From the NCBI GenBank assembly GCA_000165425.1, contig CT868429.1, positions 124,001 to 188,000 of the forward strand: DNA of 64,000 nt, in the 5' to 3' direction. Position numbers and translations under genes: made by a program. The number at the start of each line of letters is the position of its first letter. Position 1 is the first letter of the stretch. Source of the stretch: Paramecium tetraurelia (Eukaryota). Under the pieces are notes generated by a model. The model was not told the origin of the DNA and made no database searches. It was given only the letters and a program-made list of their open reading frames with translations. Below are positions 12,983 through 27,359 of the stretch, in pieces.

Positions 12983-14506
12983 ATGTAAAATAACGATCCT
13001 ACTCAATTATATATGTTAACCAAGAAAACTAATGTAGATCACTTAGTTGGGTCTAAAGCATCTAGAGCACATACTAGTAAAATAAATTTAGCAATATTTA
13101 AGAAGTTGAAACAAAAGTGAGCTCATCAATTTCAAATTCTTAAAATAGTCAACGCAAAACCTCTTATTATAATAGGCCTCCATTGTCAACTAAAAACTCG
13201 TTTAGTGTTCATGTTGATACAGATGAAGGTGGTGGAGTTAAGAAAATTTAGAGTTATCAAAACATTAATAATAAGATGGAGAAATTTTCATAATAGAATA
13301 GACATCTAATTTGTAAATTTTATGAAGGCATTTATTTAATCGGAAATTCTACTCTTGGAAAAACTGATATACTTTATTAATATGGAGCATGTCATCTTGA
13401 ATAATTATTGCCAGATTTAGTATTTCCATATGGAGCTAAAGATGTGTAGAAGAAGTTATCTGATTCTTAAAGTGAAATCAATGAAATCCTTTATAAAAGA
13501 TTTGTATCCGAAAATAATCCAAACTGCTTCGTTTTACCAATTAAAACTTCAGAATCATTCGAAAAATAATGTTATAACTTAATTTATTATAGAGTATAAT
13601 AGTAATGAATTAGCTTATTGTATTTGTTTATCAATACAAGATGTTTGCCCATCGAAAAATAGTTATTTGAAGTGTGAAAGAGTTCTCTGTCTAGTTTCCT
13701 ATTTGCCTCTAATAAAATATTTTATTGATTTTCTGATAGAAGTCATGAGTATGAATTCAATTAATTAGATTGTGCCAAACAAGAGAGGTTTAACAATTTG
13801 ACATTCACATAATACATTCAAAAATGCCCTCTTTTTGAAACTCTCCCTATATAAATTCCAAGTAAATAAATACCATAATCCTATTATGACTATAATGAGT
13901 ACCATGTGAAATAATTAAAAATACTAAACAATGCTCTTAGTCTGGGATTGGTTGCAATAAATATCATTTTAGAGAGATCTGTGATATTTGTGGCCTAAAA
14001 TGTTTAATAATTAGGAGCAATTCTTATGCTGTTTCTCAAACACGTTAAATGGATTCATTAGATGGTGGCTTCAATCCCTCCAAAAAACATTGAATTATTG
14101 AATGTACCAGTACCCTTATTAGGTGGAATAGTACTAGATGATTATCAATGTATTGAATAATTAATTGATGAATATCCAAATGTTGTTTTTGTGGATCTTG
14201 TTAAGTTATATAATATTTAATTTTAGTTAGCATGTTCGAAATTCTAATGATTTCACTAAAAGTCTGATTTACATATTTTTGGTCAGATAACTACAAGGAA
14301 AGTCGCCATTTGAGATCGGTTAGATTTTAGGATCCTTCTAATAAAATCTAGTATCTGAGTCCACAAGGGACGAATACATAATGAAAGAGTTTAGATAAAC
14401 TTAGTACTTTCATGAGATGGATTAGATGAAATAATCTTTAAATGTAAGAAGTATTCCAACTTTTCACCAAATAAAAGTGTCGCAACAAACTTTTAGAAAG
14501 TTTTGA
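12983..14506 (+). CDS. DENN-domain protein (Rab GEF-like)
   Basis: PDLVFPYG, CFVL, YCICL, LERSVIFVA, WIHQMVASIP...LLNVPVPLLGG; several introns. Confidence 0.75.
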
Positions 14507-14713
14507 ATTAGTTTTATTTTTTGATAATTTTAAATTTTAATTTTTAATTTGCCATATCAATATATATATAGATATTTTTGATATTGTTCCAGAATATTGC
14601 TTTATAAATAATTTTAGATTCCCTAATTTTTTGATTTTATTAGAATATGTATTTACCAAGTTCAAATCGTGATATATATTTAGATACTTTATTCATTAAT
14701 ATTCAAAATTTTG

Positions 14714-16386
14714 ATGTATTAAAAACTTTGGATCCCCATCCCAAATGATTTTAAAGTCAACAATGAACGATTGTACATTTAAGGCGAATTTACCAAAGAA
14801 AATGGAAAGATAAGAGTTCTTTATGGCTATGATCAATATATACTTTAATCGAAAGTAACTGATTGTTAGCTATTTTAGAAAGCGTCCAAACCCAACAAGT
14901 GCCTAAAGCTTGAATTTGATACAAAATTTGAAATTTTGAGATAACCTATTCCAAAAAAAGATGAGGATGACGATAGTTTAGGTCCGATTATAGGCTTGCA
15001 ATTTTTGAGAGATTGTGTTGAAAATATGGTCAAGTTGAGATTGAATGCAAAAACACAACAAATAAATGAATGGAGATCCTTTCTTGGAGAAAGAATTAAC
15101 TAATGGTAATTTCATAGTATGTTCAGAGTTTTTAAAAAAATTGGAAAAGGGAACTTTGCATCTGTATTTAATTATCTTATTTAAGGTATATTAAGCTGAG
15201 AGGATAGAAGACAACCAATTAATGGCAATAAAAGCTTTTGCCAAATAGCCTGCTTATGCTGAAGAAAATGGAAAAAATGCAATAATTAATGAATTGACGA
15301 TAATGAGAAATCTTAATAACCTACATTTAATGAAATTATATGAAGTTTATGAGACTAATAATTCTTTGTACGTGGGTCTAGAACTATTAGAAGGTGGATC
15401 ATTGTATGATTTAATTAAGGATAAAGTCCTAATTAATACTAAGTAAATATAACAGATAGTTGTGGGCATCCTAGTAGGACTCTAAGATATGCATAAGAAA
15501 TAGATTATGCATAGGGATCTGAAATTAGAAAACATATTGTTCAAGAAACCAAAGTATTCATTCAACCATGTTATCTAGAAAAATGGAATCAGTCGTGATA
15601 GCTGACTTTGGATTGGCCACCTATGTTAATGAGCCAGTTTACTTGTATTGTAGATGCGGAACTCCAGGATTTGTGGCACCAGAAGTTATCAACATCAAGG
15701 ATATGAAATCTAAATATTCATCTATCTGCGACATTTATAGTCTTGGATTAGTATTTTATTTATTGCTTACTGGTAAATCTGCCTTTAATGGAAAAAGCTA
15801 TTCTACTGTAGTCAAATAGAATAGAGAGGCAAACATAGATTTTGATATCAAATAGTTATAGAATGCTCCTGGTTATGCTATAGATTTGCTTAAGTAAATG
15901 CTCGAGAGAGATCCAAATAAGAGAATCAATGCTGAAAGATGTCTAAATCATCCATTTTTATTTGAAACTGCTAAAGAGATCATGGAAGCAGAAAATCAAG
16001 ATTAAAATTTCGATGAAATTGATGAAAGTATTGAAATTTAATCAATGATGCATAAAATCAATGATGAGTAATATTTAATATATTTTAGATATTCAAAATT
16101 TGATGCAATCAGAAATATGAACTCTCCACTATAATCACCTAAATAATCTCCAGGTTTAGTTATGTAAAAATAGATTAAATAACAAAAATAAATTGATTCG
16201 TAAAAGGCATTCGGAGCTGAATCACCATTAATTAAAGGGAAAATTGAGTCTATCGATAGTGCTTAGACTATTGGTACCCCAACTAAAAGATCTAGTATAC
16301 TATAGCCATCACCCTAAATAAAACCATCGAAATTTTCGAAACAGGGTCAGAACAACCCTTTATTAAAATATTCGAAAAATGATTGA
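14714..16386 (+). CDS. Ser/Thr protein kinase (CAMK-like, N-terminal extension)
   Basis: IGKGNFASV, AIK, HRDLKLEN, ADFGLA, CGTPGFVAPE, DIYSLG; 4 small introns. Confidence 0.93.
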
Positions 16387-16946
16387 ATAGATCAAATGTA
16401 AAAAATATTAAATTTGAGTTTTCTTTCTGATCTGTTTCTAATTTTATTATCAAAACTATTATTTTTAAATAGATCAATATATAAGATTGGACTCTTAGGA
16501 AAATTAAATTATTTCCCCTTTGAAATCTTAATAAATAAGTTGACAAACAAGTTCTAATGGACCCTTTTATTATACTTATAGTGAGTATCATTAGCTTACC
16601 TTATTTTATCAATGTTAGAAATAAATCTATAACTTGTAAAAGATATGTAACAAAAATGATAATAGAAGTTCAATTAATTCAAGATCATTGAAAGTACTAA
16701 TTCTTTGCGTGCAAATGAGCTGGGCAGAAAGTGATTCTGAAGTATATTTATAGAAGTTATCGATTGAAATAAATTGAACTATCAAAAATAGTATTTAAAT
16801 ATCATCGATGATTTAGATCTAGAAATAAAGGTAATGAGGAGATCTATAGAATGTTCAAAGGATTCACATTTAGATGATCACAATATTAAAATCTGCCTTT
16901 ATATATTTGCTTAGTTTTTGTTTATTAGGTGATATAAATATTAATT

Positions 16947-17374
16947 TCAAGAGGCTTCTTTTTTTTCTATTTATTATTCTACTATTTAAACATACTTTTT
17001 GTTAGAATCTATGTCTTCTGGTTGTTTAACTATTTTCATAGAGTGTTGAAGAGGATTCCATTTGTCCATTGAGATTAGGGAGTTATCTGATGCAGAATTC
17101 AAATAATAAATATTATATGCTATTTTCAAGTGATATTGATTTCTCCCAAATTCCAATTTGATTGGTTTTTTTTAAATGTGTTTCGATTTTTTCTGAATTT
17201 AGGCTTATTTCAGATGATGATTATTCTTTTTATGATATTGCTTTTTTCCTTTGTGAAAACCTAATATAATGATTACTAACTTTTATTGATGTCTGTCACC
17301 AATTCATGAAAAGTTCGCACAATTTCATAAAACTCTGAGTCATTTCGAAATTTTTGTTTTTCTACTTCAGTCAT
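16947..17374 (-). CDS. Small hypothetical protein
   Basis: MTEVEKQKFRNDSEFYEIV...; a 20-nt intron at 17261-17280 keeps the frame open to TGA at 16947. Confidence 0.6.
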
Positions 17375-17417
17375 TTAATTTATTTATAATGTGGAACCTC
17401 ATTTACTCTAATCCTAT

Positions 17418-18047
17418 ATGTTTCAAAAAAAAAATAGCTCAAGTATTATACTTCCATTAATTATGTAAAGGAGCAACTCATGCATTTGAATAATATCCAA
17501 AATTCTAAGCCACTTGTCAACAACGCATAACCATGGAAACCAGGACATTCGATATCAAGATTAGTCAACAAATACACAAATAGTAAGATCTAGAGCATAT
17601 GATTTAGCCAATGATTAAGAAATCATGGACAAAAACAGCAAATTGCTCAGAAAAATGATGGAAATCCAATAGAGAAATAGCGCATTGAAGTAACCTCCAA
17701 CACATGGTTCATTGGAAGCATTAAGAAGAAGGGAACAAGTCAAGATAAGCTCAGAGAACTAAACCATTTTAAAGCGTTTACAATCGGCTAGTTCAGCCTA
17801 CTCCAAGAAAACCTGGGTAAATGATATTGAAAGAGTTAAAAAATATAGAGACAATTTACAACGAAGAACAAGTATTATCATCTATCAATTCAGGAACAAA
17901 TGATGATTTCAATATATTAGCAGTTTAAGAACAAGTCAAACGCAATTTTACCAGTTAATCTTCCTCTAGAAGTATCTCATCTAAATTTATTTAGAACTTA
18001 AAACAAGTTAAGGACCTAGAACTTAGACATATGAGTCATTAATTTGA
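17418..18047 (+). CDS. CFAP97/Hemingway-domain ciliary protein
   Basis: HLNNIQNSKPLVNN, NSKLLRKMMEI, RRREQVKISSENQTILKRLQSASSAYSKKTW; 4 introns. Confidence 0.75.
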
Positions 18048-18073
18048 TATATAGATATTTATTCAAATAATTT

Positions 18074-19618
18074 TCAAGTTTCTTTTTTATGGAATAGCAG
18101 TTTTAAATATTTTTTTTATCCCATGTTGGTTAAAATCTCTTAGGTTTATTGCAAGGTATGCACAGAAGAGTTACTGTTTTTATTTCTGCTTTTGGTCAAT
18201 TATCTTATTCTTATTGGAGAATCTCCTTTAAAAGAAAATAGAGGAGTATTAGAATAAGATTGAATAGAATCAACTAGAGGATTTGATTAAATAGAAGGCA
18301 ACTGTTTGATTAATTCAAATTCTTTTGAGGTTTATCATTCTTATTACTTGATTTCCTCCATTTTTTCTAGAAATTGAAGCAATCTTGGATCTTATTCTCT
18401 CAGTCTTTAATATAAGGTTTTCTTATTCTCTTTCTTAACAATTTTAGATTCTATCAAATTTAGCAAAGCCTTCCCTCTCTCACTCTAAAATTCCTAAACA
18501 TTCGGTTCTATTGATGTGTCAGTGCTTTTTATTTTGACATGTATAGATTTAAGGTGCATTTTGGATCTACTTCGTCTACTAGATAATGGAATGCTTAAAG
18601 TGGAGATATTTTGTTTGATGATTTCATCATAAGAGTTAATCCTATTCTAAACGTTTTGATTGATCATAATCTTAAATTGGGTATCATAGATCATCAATTG
18701 TGAGAATGATAGTTTATTTATTTCCAATAAAATGGCTTCATTGCTAATACATTGTATTCTATATTGACGTAAAGATTTCAACACAATTTCTATTTCTCCA
18801 AAGTAATCTCCTTAGGACAACAGTATCAGAGGATAGAATTTTTTCTAATGTTAGAACAATACCTAGAATTCTCCTTGCAAGACAATGTACCAATTATTTG
18901 CTTCTTGATCAATATCAAATACAATTTAATGATTGATGTAATTTACGGTTTGACTCTTTTAGCATATTTATTCAATGAAACTACTCTATTAAATTCTTAT
19001 ACCTTATTGACAATTATGAGAAAAATGGATATTATAGTAATTCATTCAATAAAGACATTGTGATATTTTTCTTTTTCACAATTTTATAGAAATTGTCTTT
19101 TGTTACATAACAAATTAATGATGGTTTCAATGCTGAAAACCAATGCTTACACGCTTAACGAGTAAGAAAATAAATTTCACCGATAGCATTTTTCTCTGGG
19201 ATAATCTCGTAGTTTTTATCTCTTTTCGTTTGATGTTTTCCTATTAATCCATACATAAATAAGTATAATGAATTAACAGGTCTCCCTTATTCTAATATAA
19301 TCTCATCTTGTTGATAAATCTTAAATTAGACTAAGGCTGCCAATTTTTTCATAAATCCTTGACCCTGAGTTGAATCAAATTATCTAAGAAACGGGACTTC
19401 TTATAGATATTTACAAATCAGTTCAGGTATCCTATCGGAAGCTGATAATAATTGCACTAATATTTATTATTCTTATTACATAAAATTTTAGCAAAATTTT
19501 ATTCTGGTAGATGAAAATAATGTGATATATGATTTATTATGATGATGTTCTTTAAAATACTCTCAAAATTTTAATATATAAGATTTATCACTTCCTTCTA
19601 CAAAATGAAATATTTCAT
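18074..19618 (-). CDS. Cyclic-nucleotide-binding domain protein (two CNB-like domains)
   Basis: QDEIILEQGRPVNSLYLFMYG...GEIYF; second domain with LYLILIK...QGDYFGEIE; start approximate. Confidence 0.75.
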
Positions 19619-19754
19619 TTTTATAAATGAAAAACAATTCATGATGTTTGAAAAAGAAAATTAAGAGATTTACCTATAAAGAAAATTAAACATTAATAAA
19701 TTTAAACAGTTTCTTATGTCTTATATTAATTTTTTATTTATTTATTTCTATAAA

Positions 19755-20445
19755 TCATATTAACACTTTAATTCTAGGTATATTAAATATTGAACTAATT
19801 AGTTTCAAGGTTTAGAAATATTCATCTTAAGGATCTTGCTTCAATTTTGAGTAGAAATCCTCAAACTCTAATGGTATTGATGAATTCTCAATTTTATTTA
19901 ACACCTTATATTTATCTATCTAAACCTTTACCTTGTTTTATAGTTCAACAGGAATATTCTATAAATTGATTCTATTGGCAGATATCAGACCATCATAATC
20001 TCCGTCTAAGAGTTTAAAAAGTTTTTTTACGACAACTTTATCAGTTGGTAGGTCATCATGAACTTAAACATTAGAGGGTGATTTGGAGATCTTTAGGTTT
20101 TGCTGACTTGTTTTCAATCTATTAGGACTTGGAGTTGTTAATTTTTATTATAATTCTAGATGATTTTACTTTAAATTCCGCAAATAATTAGGTTGTTATC
20201 GTGTGTCCTTAAATAATTGAATAGGTTACATACGTGACTATCTTCATTTCGTCATATGCCTTCATTTATTTTAAGATGCCATTGGAGATTATTTGTATCA
20301 TTTTTGGCTATAGATTATTTCTTGTAACAAAGGCAGATGCTTCTTATTGGGGATCTGTGTGTCTATATATAATCAATTAGTCTGATCTATTTTATCCTAA
20401 ATCCATAGTAATTTGGATTAATGGTTGCTGATGCCCTTTAGCCAT
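19755..20445 (-). CDS. Hypothetical protein with C-terminal EF-hand-like motif
   Basis: PLIQITMDLGQNRSDQLIIY...DPQQEASAFV; LFKLLDGDYDGLISA; alternative in-frame ATG at 20509. Confidence 0.7.
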
Positions 20446-20476
20446 TTTATTTTTGTAATTCATTTTATTAAATTTA

Positions 20477-23074
20477 ATGCTGCGATTTGTGGTAAAATAT
20501 GGATTTCATGAAAAGACATTTATCAATCAATTTTTGTCAGCTTCTGTAAAATCGCATTTACATTTGGAATTAAAAGAAAATATCAATCAGGTTCAAAATT
20601 TGAACACCTTAATAGGTGTGATTGATACATCATATAAAACTAACTAAATAATTCCATTAGATCTATTGAAATTGGTATTATAAAGATCAACTGAATTAGT
20701 TTAAGTGGAGAGCAATTTGGAATATTTGAAAGGACTGTTATTAACACTCTCGATAAACAGAATTGAAAATAGATAATTGAATTAAACAATTCTTGATGTG
20801 GTGATGTAGAATTATCAAAAGTTCTCTGAAGAGCATTTAATAACAATTACAGAGACCATCATTTACAACAAACTCAATTAGAAATATAAAATCAAAGATG
20901 TTTCTATATTATTTGAGCAGATGGCTATAAACTTATAAAATAGCGACTCCCAAATATATAATCAACAGATAATGCTTCAATTACCAAAACTTATCAATCT
21001 ATCATAACACGTAAGACATAACAAATTGATTCATGAAATATTGGCTACAATATATGGTCTATTGCATTAATTAAAGCAGTTTTACAATCAAGAATTAAAT
21101 ACTGAATACCTCGGTCTATCTTTACAAATGTGTCACGTTATGGATACTCTGGAAATTCTATTTCAAAATCCTTTAATAGTAAGTGCCCAAAAGAAATAAT
21201 AAAAAAAACTATAATAATAATTTATGGATCTTATTAATTAATCATTCACTGAAAAAAATATGATAGAAACTCAATTTTCAGTATAACACATTAGTTCAAT
21301 CTTAAATTTTGTTAAAAAGTATCCTAAATCTCCACCTATCTCAATTCCACCTTAAATTCATAATTTAATAGGCAACATTTATATCAGTTTAGTCAATGAG
21401 TACACAACAAATTAGAAGTAGAAAATATTGAAAACATTGATAGATTATAATAGTTTAGCTTACTTTTTGACTAAAACGAGCAAGAATTTCTATTTGTAAG
21501 ATTAGGATTACAAAGTTATACATTTCTTAGTTGAATCAGAAAACAACCTTTTTATTCTTGCAAAAACACTTGAAACAATATCAACTAATGTACAAAATCA
21601 TAATGATTTGCATCACAATCCGAATAATAAACAACATCATCATCATCATGAACATCCAAAATTAAGAGATCCAGTTTTATAATTAATTGAATCCAAAATA
21701 AGACAATTGATGCAAAATCATTTAAATCCAAGTGATTCATTAGTCATAGCATTCTAATCCTTAATTAGAATAGAAGATTATTCTCCAAAATTGGCAACAT
21801 ATTTAGAGTATTTTGCCTATGGATAGGTATTAAACTAATTGAAGTGGGTAGATTTTATTGTAAAATTCATACCAAGTTTAGGAATACTAAGTAAAAGGTT
21901 AACTCAATAATTTTATATGTCAGTATAATAAAATAATAGTGATTAATTTAAATAATTGTCAGATGTATGGGAAAAGGTATTAGCAATCTTAATGAAAAAA
22001 ATAGATTATATAGAATCTAATAAAATCCCTATTATTCTATTTTATTTGAGTTAAGCTAGCAAACTTGATCTAAAAGAAGTCTCCAAATTGTTACATATAA
22101 TCAAAAAATCAACAGACTTTACAAAATTCAATAACTAATAAATCTGTGAAATATTTTACTCCTTTAGTAGATTAAATTATTAGGATACAGAATTTTATTT
22201 TGAGTTGATTAATAAATTAGTTGACAAAGAATTAACTATAGATTAAGTAATCCTAATTTATTCAGGATTAATTATTAATAAATTATACAACTCAACCTTC
22301 ATTTGTTAATTGTAAGATCATCTTAAAATCAAAGATTTTAATGAGAAGAATATGTTGAGTTATCTACAAGCTCTGCTCACATTACAATTCGAACCAAAAC
22401 CAGCGATTTTGGAAGCAATAACTACATAATTTTATAAATCTAAAAATACTGAGTTTGTTGTAGGATGTGCTACATCCTTATTGTAATATTAATACGATTA
22501 AAAAGTATTAGAACATTATAATACTTTCATCAAAAATTAACACGAACTTTATATTAAATCACCATTCTATGCACATTAATTACATGTTTTATTTATGAAA
22601 TTGAAACATGTAGATCAAATTAATTAAGATCTCTTGTAAGATATTACCAAAGTACTCTAAGAATCAAAGATAAGTTTAGCTAAATACCATTTATAAATGA
22701 AATAAATAACAAGGAGTCAGATGGAATTAGATATTATTGAATAATTCAAAAAATTATTGGATTTTGAAAGATTAGAATAATAAGCCAAATTAAGTGACTA
22801 TAAATTTACTGATTAATATGATCCCATAGAAATTCCTAATATCGAAAATTTAATACCTTATTAAATAGATTTTAAAGTAGGTGATTACTGTTTTGAAATA
22901 AATGGACCAAAACACTATTTATAAATTTGGCCAGAAAAATAATATAAATTAGATGGATGGACTATGAAAAAGAAATAACTTTTAGAGAGCATTGGCTTTA
23001 AATATATTGAAGTGAATCATGAGCAGTATAAATAAAAAGGATTAGAGTATTTGAAGCAATTTTAGTCAATCTGA
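20477..23074 (+). CDS. RAP-domain helical-repeat protein (FASTK-like), probably mitochondrial, about 865 aa
   Basis: MLRFVVKYGF presequence-like start; intronless frame; C-terminal YQIDF...CFEINGPKHY...TMKKKQLLESIGFKYIEV (RAP). Confidence 0.85.
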
Positions 23075-24398
23075 ATTCTCATTTTGTGAATTTAAGATAT
23101 ATCAAATAAAATATATATATAATCTTCAAATTATTAATCCATTTCTTTCTTTTTGTGCTTAGATTTCTTAAAGCCTAAATTAAGGTAGGTTAAACATAAA
23201 AATATATAACTTTTAAAATTTTAAAAGTTTCATTTTGACTTATCTAAATAATATCCATTAATATTAAAACTACTTCCAAATTCTTGATATATATAAGGGT
23301 AAATCAATTTATGATTTATCATAAAAATTTAAGAAAGGAATCATGTAATTATAATATTTAAAATTTTTTAAAAACTAAAATCATTTTAATACAATTACAC
23401 ATCCCACTTTCTATCTGAAAAAATGGAAGTTGTTGTTTCAACAAGCTTTATTTAATACCATTTTAAGATCTTCAATTTATGTTTTCAAACTTCTTTAATA
23501 TAAAATTATCCAATTTATGGGCTACAAAATAATATTTAGCAATAACCTAATTAACTTCATTTATATGTGAATTACTAATAATAAATGCATATTATTATTT
23601 ACTTTTCAATTCCGAGAATGACTGAAGAAAACAGACTATAAAATAATTTAAATGCTGATGATTTGTAATACTATCGCACTTTTAGTTATTGTCATAGCAA
23701 ATTAATCTATAAATATTTTTCGTTAATAAACTCAATAGAAGCTATTTTTCAACAGTAAACCCCATCTTGGAATTTTAATGATTCATAATTCATATTTAAA
23801 TCAATAATCAATTAATATCTTAGTAGATGATTAATATCTGATTTATGATAAATAATAATTACAGGTAAATCAATTACAATATATCTGAAATTCTAAATCA
23901 AAATTATCTCCTTATAGTTATTCCTAAATCAGGTCTATTTAATTAAAAGATATGAAAAAAAGTATTTTCGATAAGAAGTTTAGATTGTTGGTAATAATAC
24001 ATCATTAGTCTTAATACTTAGTACAATGACTATATTATTGTAATTATTTTGATCTTCTTTCATTAAGACCCAAAATTTAATATATCATAGAACTTTGTAT
24101 TTATATCTTTGGGTTATTTAATTTTAATAATAACTTATATAATTATTTAGATAAATAAACTAAAAATTTTATTTTAAATATACACTTTTTACCTGGAGTT
24201 ATTAATTTTTGTAAGGCGTATTATAATATATCTTTCTAATACTAAGAACTAATATTTGATTTAAAATTGCATTGAGTTACAATAATAAATCATCAATTAG
24301 TTTATGAAAATATAAAAAGTATTGCATAAGGTCTAATTTTATCATAGACAATAAATAAGATTGTTTATTTAAGTAAATTTCAATTATAAAATTAAATA

Positions 24399-26861
24399 AT
24401 GGATAAATACTAAATATCCTCTACAGGACGATTTTTGTATGAAAAACATGAACAAAATTTCCGACTTTCTAAATTTAGTGGTCTTTACTTATTTCCAGGA
24501 ATAGTCATAGTTAAGATAGTGTTTTATTGTAATTATATCACAATCATAAGTGTTGTATTGTCATCATATTTTTATTATAAAAACAAGCACAAATGGAGAT
24601 TCCTAATCTAAGCTATATTATATATTGGATAATAAATTGATATAAACTATAATAGTATATCATCTCATATTTTTACCTGCATCACGAATTTGATTTTGGT
24701 GCCTTACTGGCCAATGTAAGTAGTATTTTAAATTGGAATCATTAGACAATTGAATCAAGTCTATTTGTTTTGTTTTTTTATTGCCCTTTTGAGAGCTGTT
24801 GAAATCCTAAAGAGATTTCTTTATTCCAAAATATGCAATATCAACTCACATCAATGTGAATAGGACAGCATTTTTCTGAATCTACCTCATCACATTCTTT
24901 ACTTAGACGAAAACAGCAATGAATTATTTTCGAATAAGTCAATAAAGTTTAATCAAGAATCAGAAAACCTAATAAGAGATTATATTAAAAGGAAATACTA
25001 TGGTATAATATAAGTGGAGAATTAATAAAAGGAGACAATCGATTATTACATTAAGCCATGGTAAGGAAATTTCATCTTAGTTCAGTCCTACTTTAGTAGT
25101 GAAGAGAATTGCTTCTTCGAATAAATGTATGAATAGATAAATAAGTTATATGTGCAATTAAATTAAGATTATACGAAATGGAACAATTTAAGAGCCTTTC
25201 GAATGATTAAAGAGTCTGACTTAAGTGTTTTGGGATAATGCTTATCAGAATGTCTTCACTTAGAACATTAAGTAAAATCAATAGCGAGTAATTTCTAATA
25301 AGACGTATCACAGTTTTACTTAAAAGTTACTATTTGCAATATTATAGATTTTATGGTTCTTAAATTGTATGATCATTTTAATATTATCAATTTGAACTTT
25401 GAAAGTGGAATTCCAGAAATAGTGGCTGGAGATAAAAAACTATTATAATTCATTTTGTAGACACTCCTAACATCGACTTAATTTTGTGATAAACAAAAAG
25501 GTTAATTGTCTATTAAATGTATGATTTAGCAAATTAATCAGGAGAAGTCAGGATATGATCTTGAATTCACTTTCAATTTCACATGTACACCATCAGTAAT
25601 TAAATTATATTCATAAGTATTTGGAGTCAACGAGAATAAATTAAATCCTAATGAAGAGTGGCTCATACATTGTTTGAAGAAGTGCAAATAATTAATGAAA
25701 CAAAATTAGAAGGAATTTAATTTTTAAACTGATGGTGACAATGTGATAATAACATTCACATTCTTGAGTTTGATATCTAGTAATAAACTTGAATAAATAT
25801 CGTAATTTACTGATCTCACATTTACAAGAAGTGTGTTAGATGATTGTCACTATTAATGGAAGGAAAAAAAAGTGTAAATTCTACCTACTAAATTCATACT
25901 GGATTCACAATCTAGAAAAAGTTTGCCAGCTATTAAAGAATAATAGAATGCATCACCCTAATTAAAAGTTTCCATTGCATTCCCTGAAATTAGAGATGAA
26001 ATAATCCATATTTTATAAACAACTTTAGAAGATGCAAAAGATAAAGGACTTCTAGATAAAGTTAATTTTGATGATTAAGATAATAATGTTAAATGCGCAT
26101 TCAGTGTATAATTATTTATGAAATTATTTTAGGAATATGCAGATAGCATTACAAACTCACCACCATCCTTTATTACACCTTAAGTCTAGGGGAGGAAATT
26201 GCAAGATTTGGCAAAAGAGAAATTTAAAAATCTATTGAAAGAGGTGCAGAAACTAAAGAAAAAAAAGAGACTTGCTAAAAGGAGCAATAGAGTTGTGTTT
26301 CCTAGAAGGAATGATAAAACTTGTGATCTTTAGAATGCTCCATGTTAAGTAAATTTTCATAATTCAATCTTAACCAATAGAAATAATCGAGCTTATTTAA
26401 AATGGAGTCATAGGTGCAATATTATCTAACCTCCTAAAACAGTTCATGAGATTTTATGTTATATTCCTGAAATGAAATTTTCGAAAGACATAATTCATAA
26501 CTTTGGAAATTCTGCTTACGATACAATAGAAATAAAAGAACCAATTATTTTATTGGACATTGCTGATGTCATAAGACTTTATAAAAAATATTTGTAATAA
26601 GGTAAATAATTCTATTACATTATGCTCTTTGTCAAAAAACCTTAAGAAATTGCAGATTTTGCTGACATTGTACAAAAGAACGAATAAGATATAGTCTTAT
26701 AACATCCAAAATATTAATAGACATATTTAATTGGAATTACTGAGTAATCATTAAAACCTTCTCTCTACGCTTACTTATAACATATAATTCCATTTGGGTA
26801 ATGGAGTACTGACATCAAATAAATCAAAGCATTTATTGCCAAGCAAAGAGAAATAAATTGA
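24399..26861 (+). CDS. Multi-TM PAS / degenerate histidine-kinase-like / receiver-like protein
   Basis: Several N-terminal TMs; IFLNLPHHILYLD...LFSN (PAS-like); IPEIVAGDKKLLQFILQTLL (HATPase N-box region); C-terminal alpha/beta receiver-like segment; introns ~24720-24745 and ~26105-26132. Confidence 0.6.
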
Positions 26862-27359
26862 TTAAATTAATATCATTGATAAATTAAGTATCTTGTAATT
26901 ATGAGATTTATATTGTATTCCATTTAATCTTAATAATTTACTATTATTTAAGAATAGACAAAAATATTATATATTAGATCTGTATAAATAAATAGTTAAA
27001 CTAATTTTTAAATGAAAATTCAAACCTTACTCTATTATTAGCAAATGAATAAAATAATTGAAACCTCAACGAGTCATTACTTCTAATCTTTTCCATTTTT
27101 TTTCTATAAAATGAATACTTAAATTTATTTGCAAATTAATTATGATTAATTATTTGCAATCTCCTATTATAAAATAGTCTTCCTATTGATTTAACAGAGA
27201 TAATTCTTATTCTTTTATAATATTTTTATTATGAATCTATTGGTTCTATAGCATATATGCCATCCTCTGAGAGTAGTCTTGAATGTATGTATCATAATTT
27301 GTTGATAGTTCAAATTAACTGAATATATATATGTAAAAATTAATAAAAAAAAATCAAGA

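Noticed and set aside
16650..16745. Possible C/D snoRNA with CTGGGCAGAAA complementary to LSU rRNA UUUCUGCCCAG
   Set aside because: No canonical C box and the guide is not properly spaced from CTGA; an 11-mer match is expected by chance and the region looks like a decayed ORF.
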